From assembly GCA_945892985.1 (NCBI GenBank), contig CAMDDU010000023.1, positions 2,003 to 66,002 of the forward strand: a stretch of DNA of 64,000 nucleotides. Direction: 5' to 3'. Position numbers and translations under genes: made by a program. Under the pieces are notes generated by a model, which worked only from the letters and a program-made list of their open reading frames with translations, did no database searches and had not been told where the DNA came from. The first letter of the stretch is position 1. Every line of letters begins with the position of its first letter. Of the stretch, positions 10,164 to 20,521 are shown one piece after another. Source of the stretch: Bordetella parapertussis (lineage in GTDB: Bacteria; Pseudomonadota; Gammaproteobacteria; Burkholderiales; SG8-39).

Positions 10164-12524
10164 ATGACACGCCCTAACGATAGCAGCCTGATCGGTCAGT
10201 CGATCGCCCGGCCCAAGGCCCGACAATTCACATCGGGCCGCGGCCGCTACACCGACGATGTGCGCGTTCCGGGCCTGTTGCACGCGGCCTTTTTGCGCAG
10301 CCCCCATGCGCACGCACGCATCGTTTCGATCGCGCTGGACCAGGCCCGTCTGTTGCCTGGGGTCAGTGCGGTGTACACGGCCGATGAGATTCTCTCCGTC
10401 TGCAAGCCCTGGACTACGACCTTCAAACTGATACCGGGTCACCGCTCCCCGCCCCAACCGGCGCTGGCTCAGGAAAGGGCACTCTGGCAGGGACAACCGG
10501 TTGCGCTGGTTGTCGCCGCATCGCGCGCAATCGCCGAGGACGCGGTCGCCTTGATCGAGGTCGAATGGGAAAGCTATCCGGCGCTCACGTGCGCCGCCGA
10601 CGCGCTCGCCGAGGGCGCGGCGGTGCTGCACCCCGAACTGGGGTCCAATCTGCTCTTCGAGCACCGGATCCGCAGCGCAGACGCGCAGACGGCCTTTGAC
10701 AAGGCTGACCATGTGGTACGCCGTCAACTGCGTTTCCCGCGCCACACCGGCGTTCCGCTTGAGGGTCGCGCGATCCTGGCTGAATTCGACCCGACACAAG
10801 AAACCCTGACCGTCCACGCATCGACGCAGATTCCCCACCAGATGCGCGCCATCCTTGCGGCGCAACTTGGCCTGGGTGAACACCGCGTGCGTGTTCTGGT
10901 ACCCGACGTCGGCGGCGGTTTCGGTATCAAGCTTCATGCCTATGACGACGAGATGGCGGTTTGCGCCGCCGCCGTGCTGCTTGGCAGGCCGGTTAAATTT
11001 ATCTGTGACCGCCTCGAAGCGTTCGCGAGCGACAACCATGCCCGGGGGCATCAGGTCAGCGCGGCGATCGCCTGCGATGAGCAGGGCATCATCCGCGGCT
11101 TTTCCACCGACGACGTCATGGAAGCCGGCGCTTTTTCCGCCTATCCACGCACCAGCGTACTCGAGGGACTTCACGCCATCTCTATGGTCGGCGCCCCCTA
11201 TGCCGCGCATTCACTGGACGCGCATCTTCGCATTGCCTTCCAAAACAAGCCCCATGTCGGATCTTACCGGGGCGTCGGGCAACCGATAGGCTGCGCGGTT
11301 ACCGAGATGCTGGTGGATGCCGCTGCGCGAAAACTCCAAATCGATCCGGCCGAATTCAGGCGGCGCAACTATCGCAACGCCGCGGTTTCCGGAAACATCT
11401 CTGCGGGCGGCGTTGACATGGGTGGTGAGCTGACGTTTATCGCCTGCCACGACCGGCTGCTGGAGATGATGAACTACCCGCAATTGCGCACCGAACAGGC
11501 AGAGGCACGGCGGATGGGGCGGCATCTGGGCATCGGCTTCGCGTGCTTTGTCGAGGCATCGGCAACCGGGCCGATGTTTTACGGCAACGCCGGCATAGCG
11601 ATAGCAGCCAGCGACGGCTGCAGCGTCCGGCTGGAGCCAACCGGCTCTGTCACCTGTATCACCAGTTCGCAATTTCAGGGCCAGGGCCTTGAGGTCGGCC
11701 TCGCACAACTTGTTGCGCAAACGCTTGGCGTACCGTTCGATTCGGTCAGCATCGTGCACGGGGACACCGCAGTCACCCCGATGGGTGGCGGCACTTACGC
11801 TTCGCGCGGCCTTGCCATCGGCGGAGAGGCCGCGCTGCTCGCAGCGCGAGGATTGCGCGAACGCATTCTTGCTGCGGGGGCAAGCATGCTCGAGTCGTCG
11901 GTGGATGATCTGGAGCTGATCGACAGTCAGGTGCGCATACGCGGCACCGACCGTGCGCTCACGCTCGCCGAGATCGGCTTCACAATGCATTATCGGCAGC
12001 ATCTCATGCCCCCTGATGTTCCGACCGATCCCATGGTCACCGGGCACTACGCTTCGAAACGCCCCTACCTCGTGTCCAACGGCATTCAGGCAAGCCTTGT
12101 CGAGATTGATCCAGAATCGGGGTTTGTGCGCCTTCTTCGCCATTGGGTCGTCGAGGATTGCGGGCGTGTCGTCAACCCGATGCTGGTTGACGAACAGATT
12201 CGCGGCGCCGTCGTCCAGGGCATAGGTGCGGCGCTGTTTGAGGAGTGCCTCTATGACGAGCAGGGCCAGCTGCTGTCGGCCACGATGGCCGATTACCTCG
12301 TACCGATGGCCGCAGACATGCCGGATATCGAAATCGGACATATTGAGACGCCAGTGCCGGACACCTTGCTTGGCGGTAAGGGTGTGGGTGAGTCGGGCAT
12401 TGTCGGGGCCGCTGCTGCGGTGGCAAATGCCGTCAATGACGCCCTGGCGCCCCTGGGGGCGGAAATAAGCGACTTGCCGATCACACCTGAACGCCTGTTG
12501 CGCGCCCTAGGCCGGGTGCCGTAA
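10164..12524 (+). CDS. Xanthine dehydrogenase/CoxL-family molybdopterin-binding subunit
   Basis: GRGRYTDD, RSPHAHARI, DVGGGFGIK, SYRGVG and KGVGESG. Confidence 0.93.
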   Translation: MTRPNDSSLIGQSIARPKARQFTSGRGRYTDDVRVPGLLHAAFLRSPHAHARIVSIALDQARLLPGVSAVYTADEILSVCKPWTTTFKLIPGHRSPPQPALAQERALWQGQPVALVVAASRAIAEDAVALIEVEWESYPALTCAADALAEGAAVLHPELGSNLLFEHRIRSADAQTAFDKADHVVRRQLRFPRHTGVPLEGRAILAEFDPTQETLTVHASTQIPHQMRAILAAQLGLGEHRVRVLVPDVGGGFGIKLHAYDDEMAVCAAAVLLGRPVKFICDRLEAFASDNHARGHQVSAAIACDEQGIIRGFSTDDVMEAGAFSAYPRTSVLEGLHAISMVGAPYAAHSLDAHLRIAFQNKPHVGSYRGVGQPIGCAVTEMLVDAAARKLQIDPAEFRRRNYRNAAVSGNISAGGVDMGGELTFIACHDRLLEMMNYPQLRTEQAEARRMGRHLGIGFACFVEASATGPMFYGNAGIAIAASDGCSVRLEPTGSVTCITSSQFQGQGLEVGLAQLVAQTLGVPFDSVSIVHGDTAVTPMGGGTYASRGLAIGGEAALLAARGLRERILAAGASMLESSVDDLELIDSQVRIRGTDRALTLAEIGFTMHYRQHLMPPDVPTDPMVTGHYASKRPYLVSNGIQASLVEIDPESGFVRLLRHWVVEDCGRVVNPMLVDEQIRGAVVQGIGAALFEECLYDEQGQLLSATMADYLVPMAADMPDIEIGHIETPVPDTLLGGKGVGESGIVGAAAAVANAVNDALAPLGAEISDLPITPERLLRALGRVP

Positions 12525-12620
12525 CCGTTCCAATGCAAGTTTCACCTTGAGCACCGACCGCGGTAATCCGCGTGCGATACGCGTATGCGCAACTTTTTTT
12601 GACCTGCGCAACTTTTTCTG

Positions 12621-12735
12621 ACCCTACTGCCTCGCGCGGGTACATCTCGCGACGTTTCTTGCCGAAGTCAGGGGCGGGGGTGTCGCGAGCCTGAGCCGGT
12701 TTGTCAAAGACGAGTTCGAGGCCTTTATGCGCCAG
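12621..12735 (+). mobile_element. IS91-family transposase N-terminal remnant
   Basis: From 12643 reads HLATFLAEVRGGGVASLSRFVKDEFEAFMR, resembling the IS91-family zinc-binding-domain lead-in (LPxFVKDEFxAFL). No start codon and no continuation. Confidence 0.6.
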
Positions 12736-12805
12736 TCTTTGCCAGGGCTTCGGCACGGGGCGGCAAAAAGACGGGCCGGAGCGTGCGGTAGTAGAATCGG
12801 TCGCC

Positions 12806-14896
12806 ATGAACGCGCGCATCCCGATTATCGACCGCAAAGTAGTGCGTGGCGCCTGCCCGCACGACTGCCCCGACACCTGCGCGCTCGCCGTGACGGTGGA
12901 AAACGGCGTCGCCATCAAGGTCGAGGGCGGGGACATGCCCTTCACCGCCGGCACGCTTTGCACCAAGGTGGCGAAATACCTTGAGCGCACCTATTCGCCC
13001 GACCGCGTCACCCATCCGATGCGGCGCGTCGGCGGCAAGGGTCCGGGCCGGGGCGGCTGGGAGCGTATCAGCTGGGAAGAGGCCCTCACTATCATCGTGG
13101 CGCGGTTCAAGGCGGTCTGCGCCGAGGATCCGCAGGGCGTGCTGCCCCTCGATTACGCCGGCACCATGGGCCAGGTGCAATGGCATTCCATGGGCAGGCG
13201 CCTGTTCAGCCGCATGGGCGCCTCGTTGCTGGACCGCACCTTTTGTTCCTCCGCGGGGAAGGCCGGTTTCAAGATTTCACTTGGTGGTACGGTGGGCATG
13301 GATCCGGAGCGTTTCGAGGATGCCAGGCTGATTATCATCTGGGGTTCCAACCCCATCGTCTCCAACCTGCATTTGTGGACGCGCATCCAGGAAGCCAAGC
13401 GCCGCGGCGCCAAGCTCATCGCCATCGATCCGTATCGCAGCCTTAGCGCCGAGAAATGCCACCAGCATCTCGCGCCACTGCCCGGCACCGATGGTGCGCT
13501 CGCCCTGGGCTTGATGCACGTCATCATTGGTGAGGGACTGCACGACCGCGACTATGTCGCCAGTCATACGCTGGGTTTTGAGCCCTTGGCCGAACGGGTG
13601 AAGGCATTCACGCCCGACAGGGTTGCCGCCATCACCGGCCTTGCGGCGCAGGACATCATTGCTCTTGCGCGTGAATATGCCGCGACCAAAACCGCGGCCA
13701 TACGCCTCAATTACGGCATGCAGCGGCACTCGGGCGGCGGCATGGCGGCGCGCAACATCGCCTGCCTGCCCGCGCTCACCGGGGCCTGGCGTGAGGCGGC
13801 TGGAGGCGTCACCATCGGCACCGGCGGGTTTTTTGGCATCAACGAGGCGGCGGTGCAGCGCCCCGATTTGCTCCAGTTGTCGGCGCAGCCCACGCCGCGC
13901 ACCATTAATATGAGCGCGGTGGGCAATGCGCTGCTCGCGGCCGATCCGCCGGTGCGCGCCACCTATGTTTACAACACCAACCCGGTTGCGGTCGCGCCCG
14001 ATTCGAGCAAGGTCATCGCCGGGTTTTCGCGCGCCGACTTGTTCACGGTCGTGCATGACGTGTTCATCACCGACACCGCCGAGTATGCCGATATCTTTTT
14101 GCCGGCGACGACGCAGCTCGAGCACTATGATGTGCACACCGCCTACGGTCATCTTTACGTCACCGCCAATAACCCGGCGATCGCGCCGGTGGGTGAATCG
14201 CTGCCCAACTCCGAGGTGTTCCGGCGCATCGCCGCGGGCATGGGCTATACCGAAGCGTGCTTCCGCGATTCGGACGAGGATATTTGCCGGCAGGCGCTCG
14301 ATTCGAAAAATCCGCGCATGCAGGGCATTGAGTGGGACGCGCTCAAGCTTGCGGGCTGGATGCGCTTGAACGTGCCGGTGATATTCGCGCCCTTTGCGCA
14401 AGGCAATTTCCCCACACCCTCGGGTAAATGCGAGTTCTACAGCGAGACGGCAAAACAGCAGGGCCTAGACCCGCTGCCGGCGTGGACGCCGCCGCGCGAA
14501 TCGGTAGGCTCCAATCCGGAACTGGCGAAGCGCTTTCCGCTCGCGATGATCTCGCCGCCCAACCGTCATTTCCTTAATTCGACTTTTGCCAACCTGCCTT
14601 TCGCGCTGGCCGAGGCGAAAGAGCCGATGCTCGACATCCATCCGGAGGACGCTTTTGAGCGCGATATCGTTGATGGCGCAATGTTGCGCATCCACAACGA
14701 CCGCGGTTCCTTTCAGGCGCGCGCCCGCGTCAGCGACAAGGCGCGCCGCGGCGTGGTCATCGCACTTTCGGTGTGGTGGAGAAAACTCACACCGGACGGA
14801 AAAAATGCCAACGAGGTGACCTCACAGGCCACCGCCGATATGGGCGGCGCGGCGACCTTTTACGATTGCCTTGTTGAGGTGGAGTGCGTGGCATGA
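12806..14896 (+). CDS. Mo-bisPGD oxidoreductase family protein with N-terminal 4Fe-4S
   Basis: CPHDCPDTC...GTLCTK, IWGSNP, ADIFLPATTQLE and TPSGKCEF. Start moved to MNARIP. Confidence 0.92.
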   Translation: MNARIPIIDRKVVRGACPHDCPDTCALAVTVENGVAIKVEGGDMPFTAGTLCTKVAKYLERTYSPDRVTHPMRRVGGKGPGRGGWERISWEEALTIIVARFKAVCAEDPQGVLPLDYAGTMGQVQWHSMGRRLFSRMGASLLDRTFCSSAGKAGFKISLGGTVGMDPERFEDARLIIIWGSNPIVSNLHLWTRIQEAKRRGAKLIAIDPYRSLSAEKCHQHLAPLPGTDGALALGLMHVIIGEGLHDRDYVASHTLGFEPLAERVKAFTPDRVAAITGLAAQDIIALAREYAATKTAAIRLNYGMQRHSGGGMAARNIACLPALTGAWREAAGGVTIGTGGFFGINEAAVQRPDLLQLSAQPTPRTINMSAVGNALLAADPPVRATYVYNTNPVAVAPDSSKVIAGFSRADLFTVVHDVFITDTAEYADIFLPATTQLEHYDVHTAYGHLYVTANNPAIAPVGESLPNSEVFRRIAAGMGYTEACFRDSDEDICRQALDSKNPRMQGIEWDALKLAGWMRLNVPVIFAPFAQGNFPTPSGKCEFYSETAKQQGLDPLPAWTPPRESVGSNPELAKRFPLAMISPPNRHFLNSTFANLPFALAEAKEPMLDIHPEDAFERDIVDGAMLRIHNDRGSFQARARVSDKARRGVVIALSVWWRKLTPDGKNANEVTSQATADMGGAATFYDCLVEVECVA

Positions 14897-15255
14897 AGGC
14901 CCGCGTCAGCGCGCTTGCACGCACCGGGGCGCGCGCCGGTACGCAATTTGGCGCCCGGGTCCACGCTTTTGCGCGCCGCAGCCTCGATGGCGAGGCGCAT
15001 TTGTGGAAGGTATGGTGGCTGGGCGGTATCCCGGTCGCGCTCTCCGCCAGCGCCATCACCATTGCGGCGGAACTGGCGCGCGAAGAAACCCATCACGGCA
15101 CCGGTGCGCTGCTCGATACGGTGAAACTGCTGATTTACCTCCTCTGGTTTTGCGCCGCCTGGCGCTGCGCCCGCAATGTCGAGCGTCCGCTCTGGACGCC
15201 GGTGGGGCAGTTGGCCATCGCCACCTGCCTTGTCCTGACCGCCATCACCTTCTGA
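14893..15255 (+). CDS. Small hypothetical membrane protein
   Basis: ATGA overlap with the upstream stop; about three hydrophobic segments (LWKVWWLGG, WRCARN). Confidence 0.65.
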   Translation: MKARVSALARTGARAGTQFGARVHAFARRSLDGEAHLWKVWWLGGIPVALSASAITIAAELAREETHHGTGALLDTVKLLIYLLWFCAAWRCARNVERPLWTPVGQLAIATCLVLTAITF

Positions 15256-15456
15256 GCGGGCAATAGCAAGCGTTTCATGCGCCGGTAAAACGCGCGCATG
15301 GCCTTGCCTTGATTTAACAATCAAGATTGATCAATTAAGGTATATCCAATACAGTGCGCTGCACACAAAAAAACTTTGCCGCCGCGGCGAGTGCGCCTGT
15401 GCAAGTGTGCACACTTGCAGCCAAGATCGGGCGACCTGAAAACAGGAGGATTCACC

Positions 15457-16452
15457 ATGCTGCACTTTCAGTTATTGCTACGCCGTCGTGCCCTTGCCGC
15501 AGCGCTCGCCTGCGTGTTCGTCTCGCTGCTTTCGCCCTCGGCCGCCTGGTCGCAGGCCTGGCCGAGCAAGACGGTGAAGATCGTCGTGCCCTATCCGGCC
15601 GGCGGCGGCACCGACGTGATGGCGCGCTTTCTCGCGCAAAAATTCTCCGAAATGTGGGGCCAGCCTGTGGTGGTTGAGAACAAGGGCGGGGCCGGCGGCA
15701 ACATCGGCGCCGACCAGGTCGCCAAGTCAACGCCAGACGGCTACACGCTGGTGATGATGCCCAGCAACCTGTCCATCAACCCCTCGTTGTTTGACAAGAC
15801 GCCCTGGGACGCGGTCAAGGATTTTTCGCCCATAGGAACCGTGGCCACCTCACCTATCATGGTCGGGGTCAGCGCCGGCGTGCCGGCCAACTCGATTCGC
15901 GAACTGATTGCGCTCGCCAAGGCCAAGCCGGGTACGCTCAATTACATTTCCTGCGGCGGCGGCTCACCCCAGCACATCGCCGGCGAAATGTTCAACGCCA
16001 TGGCTGGCGTGCAGATGCAGCATGTGCCCTACAAGGGCTGCGGCGCGGCGATTCCCGACGCGGTGGCTGGCGTGGTGCAGGTCTTGTTCAGCACGGTCGC
16101 GAACATGAATCCCCACATCAAGTCGGGCAAGTTGAAGGGCTTTGCCGTGGCCGGCGCCAGACGCAGTGAACTGGTGCCCGATGTGCCGACGGTTTCCGAG
16201 GCCGGCTTGCCCGGATACAACTTCGATGTCTGGTTCGGCCTGCTCGCACCGGCCAAGACGCCGCGCGATGTCATCGTCAAGATCAACCGCGACATCAACA
16301 CGCTGCTGGCGCAAAAAGACGTGAAGGAGCGCCTGCAGGGGCAGTTCTACGACGTGCTGCCGGGCACGCCCGAGCAGTTCGCGACGCTGATCGAAAAAGA
16401 CCTCGTCCGCTTTGGCAAGGTTATTCGCGACGTTGGCATCAAGCCCGAGTAA
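15457..16452 (+). CDS. Bug/TctC tripartite tricarboxylate transporter substrate-binding protein
   Basis: WPSKTVKIVVPYPAGGGTD, VENKGGAGG, PDGYTL and HVPYKG; AGGAGG RBS upstream. Confidence 0.93.
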   Translation: MLHFQLLLRRRALAAALACVFVSLLSPSAAWSQAWPSKTVKIVVPYPAGGGTDVMARFLAQKFSEMWGQPVVVENKGGAGGNIGADQVAKSTPDGYTLVMMPSNLSINPSLFDKTPWDAVKDFSPIGTVATSPIMVGVSAGVPANSIRELIALAKAKPGTLNYISCGGGSPQHIAGEMFNAMAGVQMQHVPYKGCGAAIPDAVAGVVQVLFSTVANMNPHIKSGKLKGFAVAGARRSELVPDVPTVSEAGLPGYNFDVWFGLLAPAKTPRDVIVKINRDINTLLAQKDVKERLQGQFYDVLPGTPEQFATLIEKDLVRFGKVIRDVGIKPE

Positions 16453-16463
16453 GGGGCGGGCGC

Positions 16464-17243
16464 ATGGGAGAGAAGCGATTCGATGTGGCGGGCCGGGTGG
16501 TGATCGTGACCGGCGGTGCGTCGGGCATAGGCCGGGTGTATTGCGAGGCGCTGGTCGCCGTGGGCGCCAAGGCTGTGCTGGCCGATCTCGATGGCGAGCT
16601 CGCCGCCGCGACGGCAACGGCATTGAGTGCTGATGGCAGACTCGCGCTCGGCGCCGGTTGCGATGTCGCGGATGCGAAATCGGTGCAGGCCATGGTCGAT
16701 GCCACGGTAAAAAAATTCGGCCGCATCGACGGCCTCGTCAACAACGCCGCATTGATGAGCACGCTGCCGCGCGGCCCCTGGCATGCCATCGAGGAAACCG
16801 ATTGGGATCGCGTCATGGGCGTGAACCTGCGCGGCCTCTTCCTGTGCAGTCGCGCCGTCTACCCGCACATGAAAAAAGCCGGCGGCGGGCGCATCGTCAA
16901 TATTTCTTCCAACCGCGTATGGGAAGGCACGCCCAACCGGCTGCACTACACCACCTCCAAGGCGGGCGTGATCGGCTTTACGCGGGCGCTGGCGCGCGAG
17001 GTCGGCGATGACAACATCACGGTCAACGCCATCACGCCGGGTTTTACCGCCAGCGAAACGCAGGTGGGCGGCAGCGACCCGGCCTACATGGCGCGCATGG
17101 CCGCCATGAACGAGCGCAAGGCGCTCAAGCGCACGCAAATGCCCGAGGACCTGGTCGGGGTGCTGCTGTTTTTGTTGTCGGACGCGAGCGCCTACATCAC
17201 CGGCCAGACCGTCAATGTCGACGGCGGCGCGATGATGCATTGA
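16464..17243 (+). CDS. SDR family oxidoreductase
   Basis: TGGASGIG, NNA, YTTSK and ITGQTVNVDGG. Confidence 0.93.
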   Translation: MGEKRFDVAGRVVIVTGGASGIGRVYCEALVAVGAKAVLADLDGELAAATATALSADGRLALGAGCDVADAKSVQAMVDATVKKFGRIDGLVNNAALMSTLPRGPWHAIEETDWDRVMGVNLRGLFLCSRAVYPHMKKAGGGRIVNISSNRVWEGTPNRLHYTTSKAGVIGFTRALAREVGDDNITVNAITPGFTASETQVGGSDPAYMARMAAMNERKALKRTQMPEDLVGVLLFLLSDASAYITGQTVNVDGGAMMH

Positions 17244-17298
17244 GAAATGCATTGAGCAAAAATCGGCAAATCGACGGGTAGGGAAACAAGGAGGCGGC

Positions 17299-18147
17299 AT
17301 GAACACAGTGGCGGCGGCAGGCATACAGGTAAAGCCGGTTTCCCCGGCAATTGGTTCGGAGGTGAGCGGCGTTGATTTGTCGCAGCCGCTCAGCGATGCC
17401 GAGTTCAGGCAGATAGAGCAGGCCTGGCATGACGGCCTGATCCTGCTCTTTCACGGCCAGCATCTCGAAGAGGAAGAGCAGGTGCGATTTGCCGAACGCT
17501 TTGGCACCCTCGCCGGCGTGCTCAACAAGCACACCGGGCGCGGCCACCATCCGTCGGTGATGTACATCTCCAATATCCGGGAAAACGGGCAGTTGATTGG
17601 CGCGCTGCCCGACGGCGAAATGTTTTTCCATTCCGACCAGTGTTACGTCGAGCAGCCGGCCATGGCGACCATGCTTTACGCTATGGAAATACCGTCAAAG
17701 GGCGGCGACACGCTGTTCGCCAACATGGTCAAGGCCTACGACACGCTGCCCGCCGAGCTGAAGAAAAAACTCGAAGGCCTCAAGGCCGAGAACGTTTATG
17801 ACTACGAGGCGAGCGGCACCACGCGCGGCTCCAAGATCAAGGAGGGCGTGAAACACTTTGCCCATCCGGTGTTCCGCACCCACCCTGTGACCGGCCGCAA
17901 GGCGCTTTACGTCAACCGCCTGATGAGCGACCACATCGTCGGGATGCCGATCGAGGAGAGCAACGAGATACTGAATTTTCTGTTCGATCACGCCGAAAAG
18001 CCCGAGTTCGTCCATGCACACCAGTGGAAGGTCGGCGACCTCATCCTGTGGGACAATCGCTGCAGCCTGCACGCGCGCAGCGATTTTGACGCGAGCGAGC
18101 GCCGCAAGTTGCGGCGCATTACCGTGCTGGGTGAAAAGCCGTATTAG
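17299..18147 (+). CDS. TauD/TfdA family Fe(II)/2-oxoglutarate dioxygenase
   Basis: HSD facial triad, GGDTLFAN, HPVFRTHP and WDNRCSLHAR. Confidence 0.93.
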   Translation: MNTVAAAGIQVKPVSPAIGSEVSGVDLSQPLSDAEFRQIEQAWHDGLILLFHGQHLEEEEQVRFAERFGTLAGVLNKHTGRGHHPSVMYISNIRENGQLIGALPDGEMFFHSDQCYVEQPAMATMLYAMEIPSKGGDTLFANMVKAYDTLPAELKKKLEGLKAENVYDYEASGTTRGSKIKEGVKHFAHPVFRTHPVTGRKALYVNRLMSDHIVGMPIEESNEILNFLFDHAEKPEFVHAHQWKVGDLILWDNRCSLHARSDFDASERRKLRRITVLGEKPY

Positions 18148-18170
18148 GCGTGAGGATTCAGTTAGTACGT

Positions 18171-18285
18171 CCCTCCCCCTTGGCGGGGGAGGGACAGGGA
18201 GAGGGGGCTTGGCGCGAGTTCGTGTATCGTCGCGCTTGCGCAGATTCACCCTCTCCCCAGCCCTCCCCCGTCAAGGGGGAGGGAG
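18171..18285. repeat. Inverted pair of CCCTCCCCC-N4-GGGGGAGGG REP-like palindromes
   Basis: Two hairpin units in opposite orientation; same family as 58083-58120 and ~23255-23280. Confidence 0.8.
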
Positions 18286-18383
18286 TAAGACGCAGGAATC
18301 GGGCGGCGTCCTATTTGCCGTTCCCGGTTTGAAACCAGAATAAAACCCGAACCAAACCCGAACCAACGAAAGACGTAACCCCC

Positions 18384-19373
18384 ATGTCCAACATTAAACT
18401 CAGTCTCGCCATCGGCGATTACGACCATGTTCGCGACCTGCTCGATGGCAGCGTCCGCGCCGAGGGCATAGACCTCACCGTGCTGCGCCTGCCGATCGAG
18501 GAGATTTTTTATCGCTTTGTGAAAAACCGCGAATGGGATGTGTCGGAGACCTCTTTCGGCAAGGTGGTGTCGCTCGTCTCCCAGGATGACAAGGGCCTGG
18601 TGGCCATCCCGGTGTTCCCTTCCCGCGTGTTCCGCCACTCGTCGATTTACGTGCGCAGCGAAACGGGCATTACCAAGCCGGAGGAGCTCAACGGCAAGCG
18701 CATCGGTGTGCCCGAGTGGGCGCAGACCGCCTCGGTCTACTCGCGCGGCATGTTGGCGCACGAATACGGCGTCGACCTCAAGTCCATCCACTGGCACCAG
18801 GGCGGCGTCAACGAGGCCGGCCGCATCGAGAAGGTCAAGCTGAAGCTGCCAGAGGGCATGAAGTACACCGTGGTGAAAGACAAGTCGCTGTCCGACATGC
18901 TGCTGGCCGGGGAACTCGACGCGGTGCTTTCGGCACGACCGCCGCATCCGTATGCCAGCGGTGACCAGCGCGTGCGCCGCATGTTCGAGGATTACCGCAC
19001 GGTCGAACTGGCTTACTGGAAAAAAACCGGCATATTCCCCATCATGCACGTCGTGACCATGCGCCGTGAAGTCTATGAGGCCAACCACTGGGTGGCGATG
19101 AACCTGCTAAAGGCCTTCACCGAGTCGAAGGATCGCAGCCTCAAGCGCATGGCCGATATCACCGTTTCGTTTTATCCGCTGCCCTGGATGGACCAGAACA
19201 CCAACATCTCGCGCGAACTGCTGGGCGAGGACTTCTGGCCCTACGGCATAGAGGGCAGCCGCAAGACCCTGGAGGCCTTTACGCAATACGCCTTCGAGCA
19301 GGGCGTGTGCCATCGCAAGGTCGCGGTGGATGAAATGTTTGCGCCTGAAGTGCTGACTACGTTCAAGGTGTAA
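18384..19373 (+). CDS. 4,5-dihydroxyphthalate decarboxylase-like protein (PhtD/OphC family, SBP fold)
   Basis: GDYDHVRDL, AIPVFPSRVFRHS, IGVPEWAQTA, IFPIMH and DFWPYG. Confidence 0.85.
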   Translation: MSNIKLSLAIGDYDHVRDLLDGSVRAEGIDLTVLRLPIEEIFYRFVKNREWDVSETSFGKVVSLVSQDDKGLVAIPVFPSRVFRHSSIYVRSETGITKPEELNGKRIGVPEWAQTASVYSRGMLAHEYGVDLKSIHWHQGGVNEAGRIEKVKLKLPEGMKYTVVKDKSLSDMLLAGELDAVLSARPPHPYASGDQRVRRMFEDYRTVELAYWKKTGIFPIMHVVTMRREVYEANHWVAMNLLKAFTESKDRSLKRMADITVSFYPLPWMDQNTNISRELLGEDFWPYGIEGSRKTLEAFTQYAFEQGVCHRKVAVDEMFAPEVLTTFKV

Positions 19374-19375
19374 TC

Positions 19376-19408
19376 GGCTGAAACCCGCGCCAGGCGCGGG
19401 TTTTCAGC
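19376..19408. repeat. GCTG(G)AAACCCG...CGGGTTT(T/C)CAGC palindrome
   Basis: Inverted repeat immediately after the stop codon; member of a five-copy family. Confidence 0.75.
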
Positions 19409-19478
19409 TAATGCTGTGCCCGTTCAAGTCGCCCGCAGGGGCTTTTAATCCGTGTCAATCATCCAGTCTGAGGATTCC

Positions 19479-20471
19479 ATGTCAAAGCTGAAACTTACGA
19501 TGGCCTGTTGGGACTACGACCGCACCAAGGCCATCGCAGACGGTACCGTGCAGCCCGACGGTATCGATGTCAATTACCTGAACCTGCCGGTGGAGGAGAC
19601 CTTCTTTCGCATGCTGCGCAACCAGGAGTTCGACTGCGCCGAAATGTCGCTCTCTTCGTACAGCGTTTCGTTGATGCGTGAAAAGCAGCCCTTCATCGCC
19701 ATACCGGTCTTCCCCTCGCGCATGTTCCGCCACAGTGCCATCTACGTGTCCGCTAAAAGTGGCATCCGCGAGCCCAAGGATTTGATTGGCAAAAGGATAG
19801 GCACGCCCGAGTACCAAATGACCGCGCCAGTCTGGATACGCGCCATCCTTGAAGAAGAATACGGCGTCGACCATACCAGTGTGGAATACCACACTGGCGG
19901 CGAAGAGGAGCCCGGTCGCAGCGAAAAGCTCAAGCTGGACCTGCCGCCCGCGGTGAAAATCCGCCCCATCGGGCCGACACAGACGCTCTCCCAGATGATT
20001 CTTGACGGTGACATCGACGCGCTGGAAACCGCGCGCGCACCCTCGACTTTTTATTCACATCCGGACCGCGTCAAGCGCCTGTTCCCGGATTTTCACACCG
20101 TCGAGCGCGACTACTACCGCAAGACGCGCATTTTCCCGATCATGCACACCTTTGTAATCCGCCGCGAGCTCTACGAAGCCAACCCCTGGATCGCGCAGTC
20201 GCTGTACAAGGCGTTTGTCCAGGCGCAGCGCATCACCTACGATTCGCTGCGCGAAACGGCCGCGCTCAAGACCATGCTGCCCTGGTTGGGCGCGCATGTG
20301 GACGACCTGGTTGCCGATTTTGGCCCCGACTGGTGGGCCTATGGCCTTGAACCCAATCGCCACGTACTCGAGACCTTTTTGCGCCATCACCACCGCCAGG
20401 GGCTGTCAAAGCGCCTGCTCAAGCCCGAAGACTTGTTCGCGCCGGAGACGTTTGAGGCGTTCAAGATATAA
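19479..20471 (+). CDS. Second 4,5-dihydroxyphthalate decarboxylase-like protein
   Basis: CWDYDRT, AIPVFPSRMFRHS, IGTPEYQMTA and IFPIMH. Start MSKLKL. Confidence 0.87.
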   Translation: MSKLKLTMACWDYDRTKAIADGTVQPDGIDVNYLNLPVEETFFRMLRNQEFDCAEMSLSSYSVSLMREKQPFIAIPVFPSRMFRHSAIYVSAKSGIREPKDLIGKRIGTPEYQMTAPVWIRAILEEEYGVDHTSVEYHTGGEEEPGRSEKLKLDLPPAVKIRPIGPTQTLSQMILDGDIDALETARAPSTFYSHPDRVKRLFPDFHTVERDYYRKTRIFPIMHTFVIRRELYEANPWIAQSLYKAFVQAQRITYDSLRETAALKTMLPWLGAHVDDLVADFGPDWWAYGLEPNRHVLETFLRHHHRQGLSKRLLKPEDLFAPETFEAFKI

Positions 20472-20480
20472 GGGGTGGGT

Positions 20481-20514
20481 GGCTGGAAACCCGCTCCTGG
20501 TGCGGGTTTCCAGC
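20481..20514. repeat. GCTGGAAACCCGC...GCGGGTTTCCAGC palindrome between convergent genes
   Basis: Perfect long stem; same family as 1909, 19376, 26898 and 56721. Confidence 0.8.
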
Positions 20515-20521
20515 ATATTTG

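Noticed and set aside
10164-12524. Aerobic CO dehydrogenase (form I coxL)
   Set aside because: The active-site loop is SYRGVG rather than AYRCSFR, and there are no coxMS or accessory genes.
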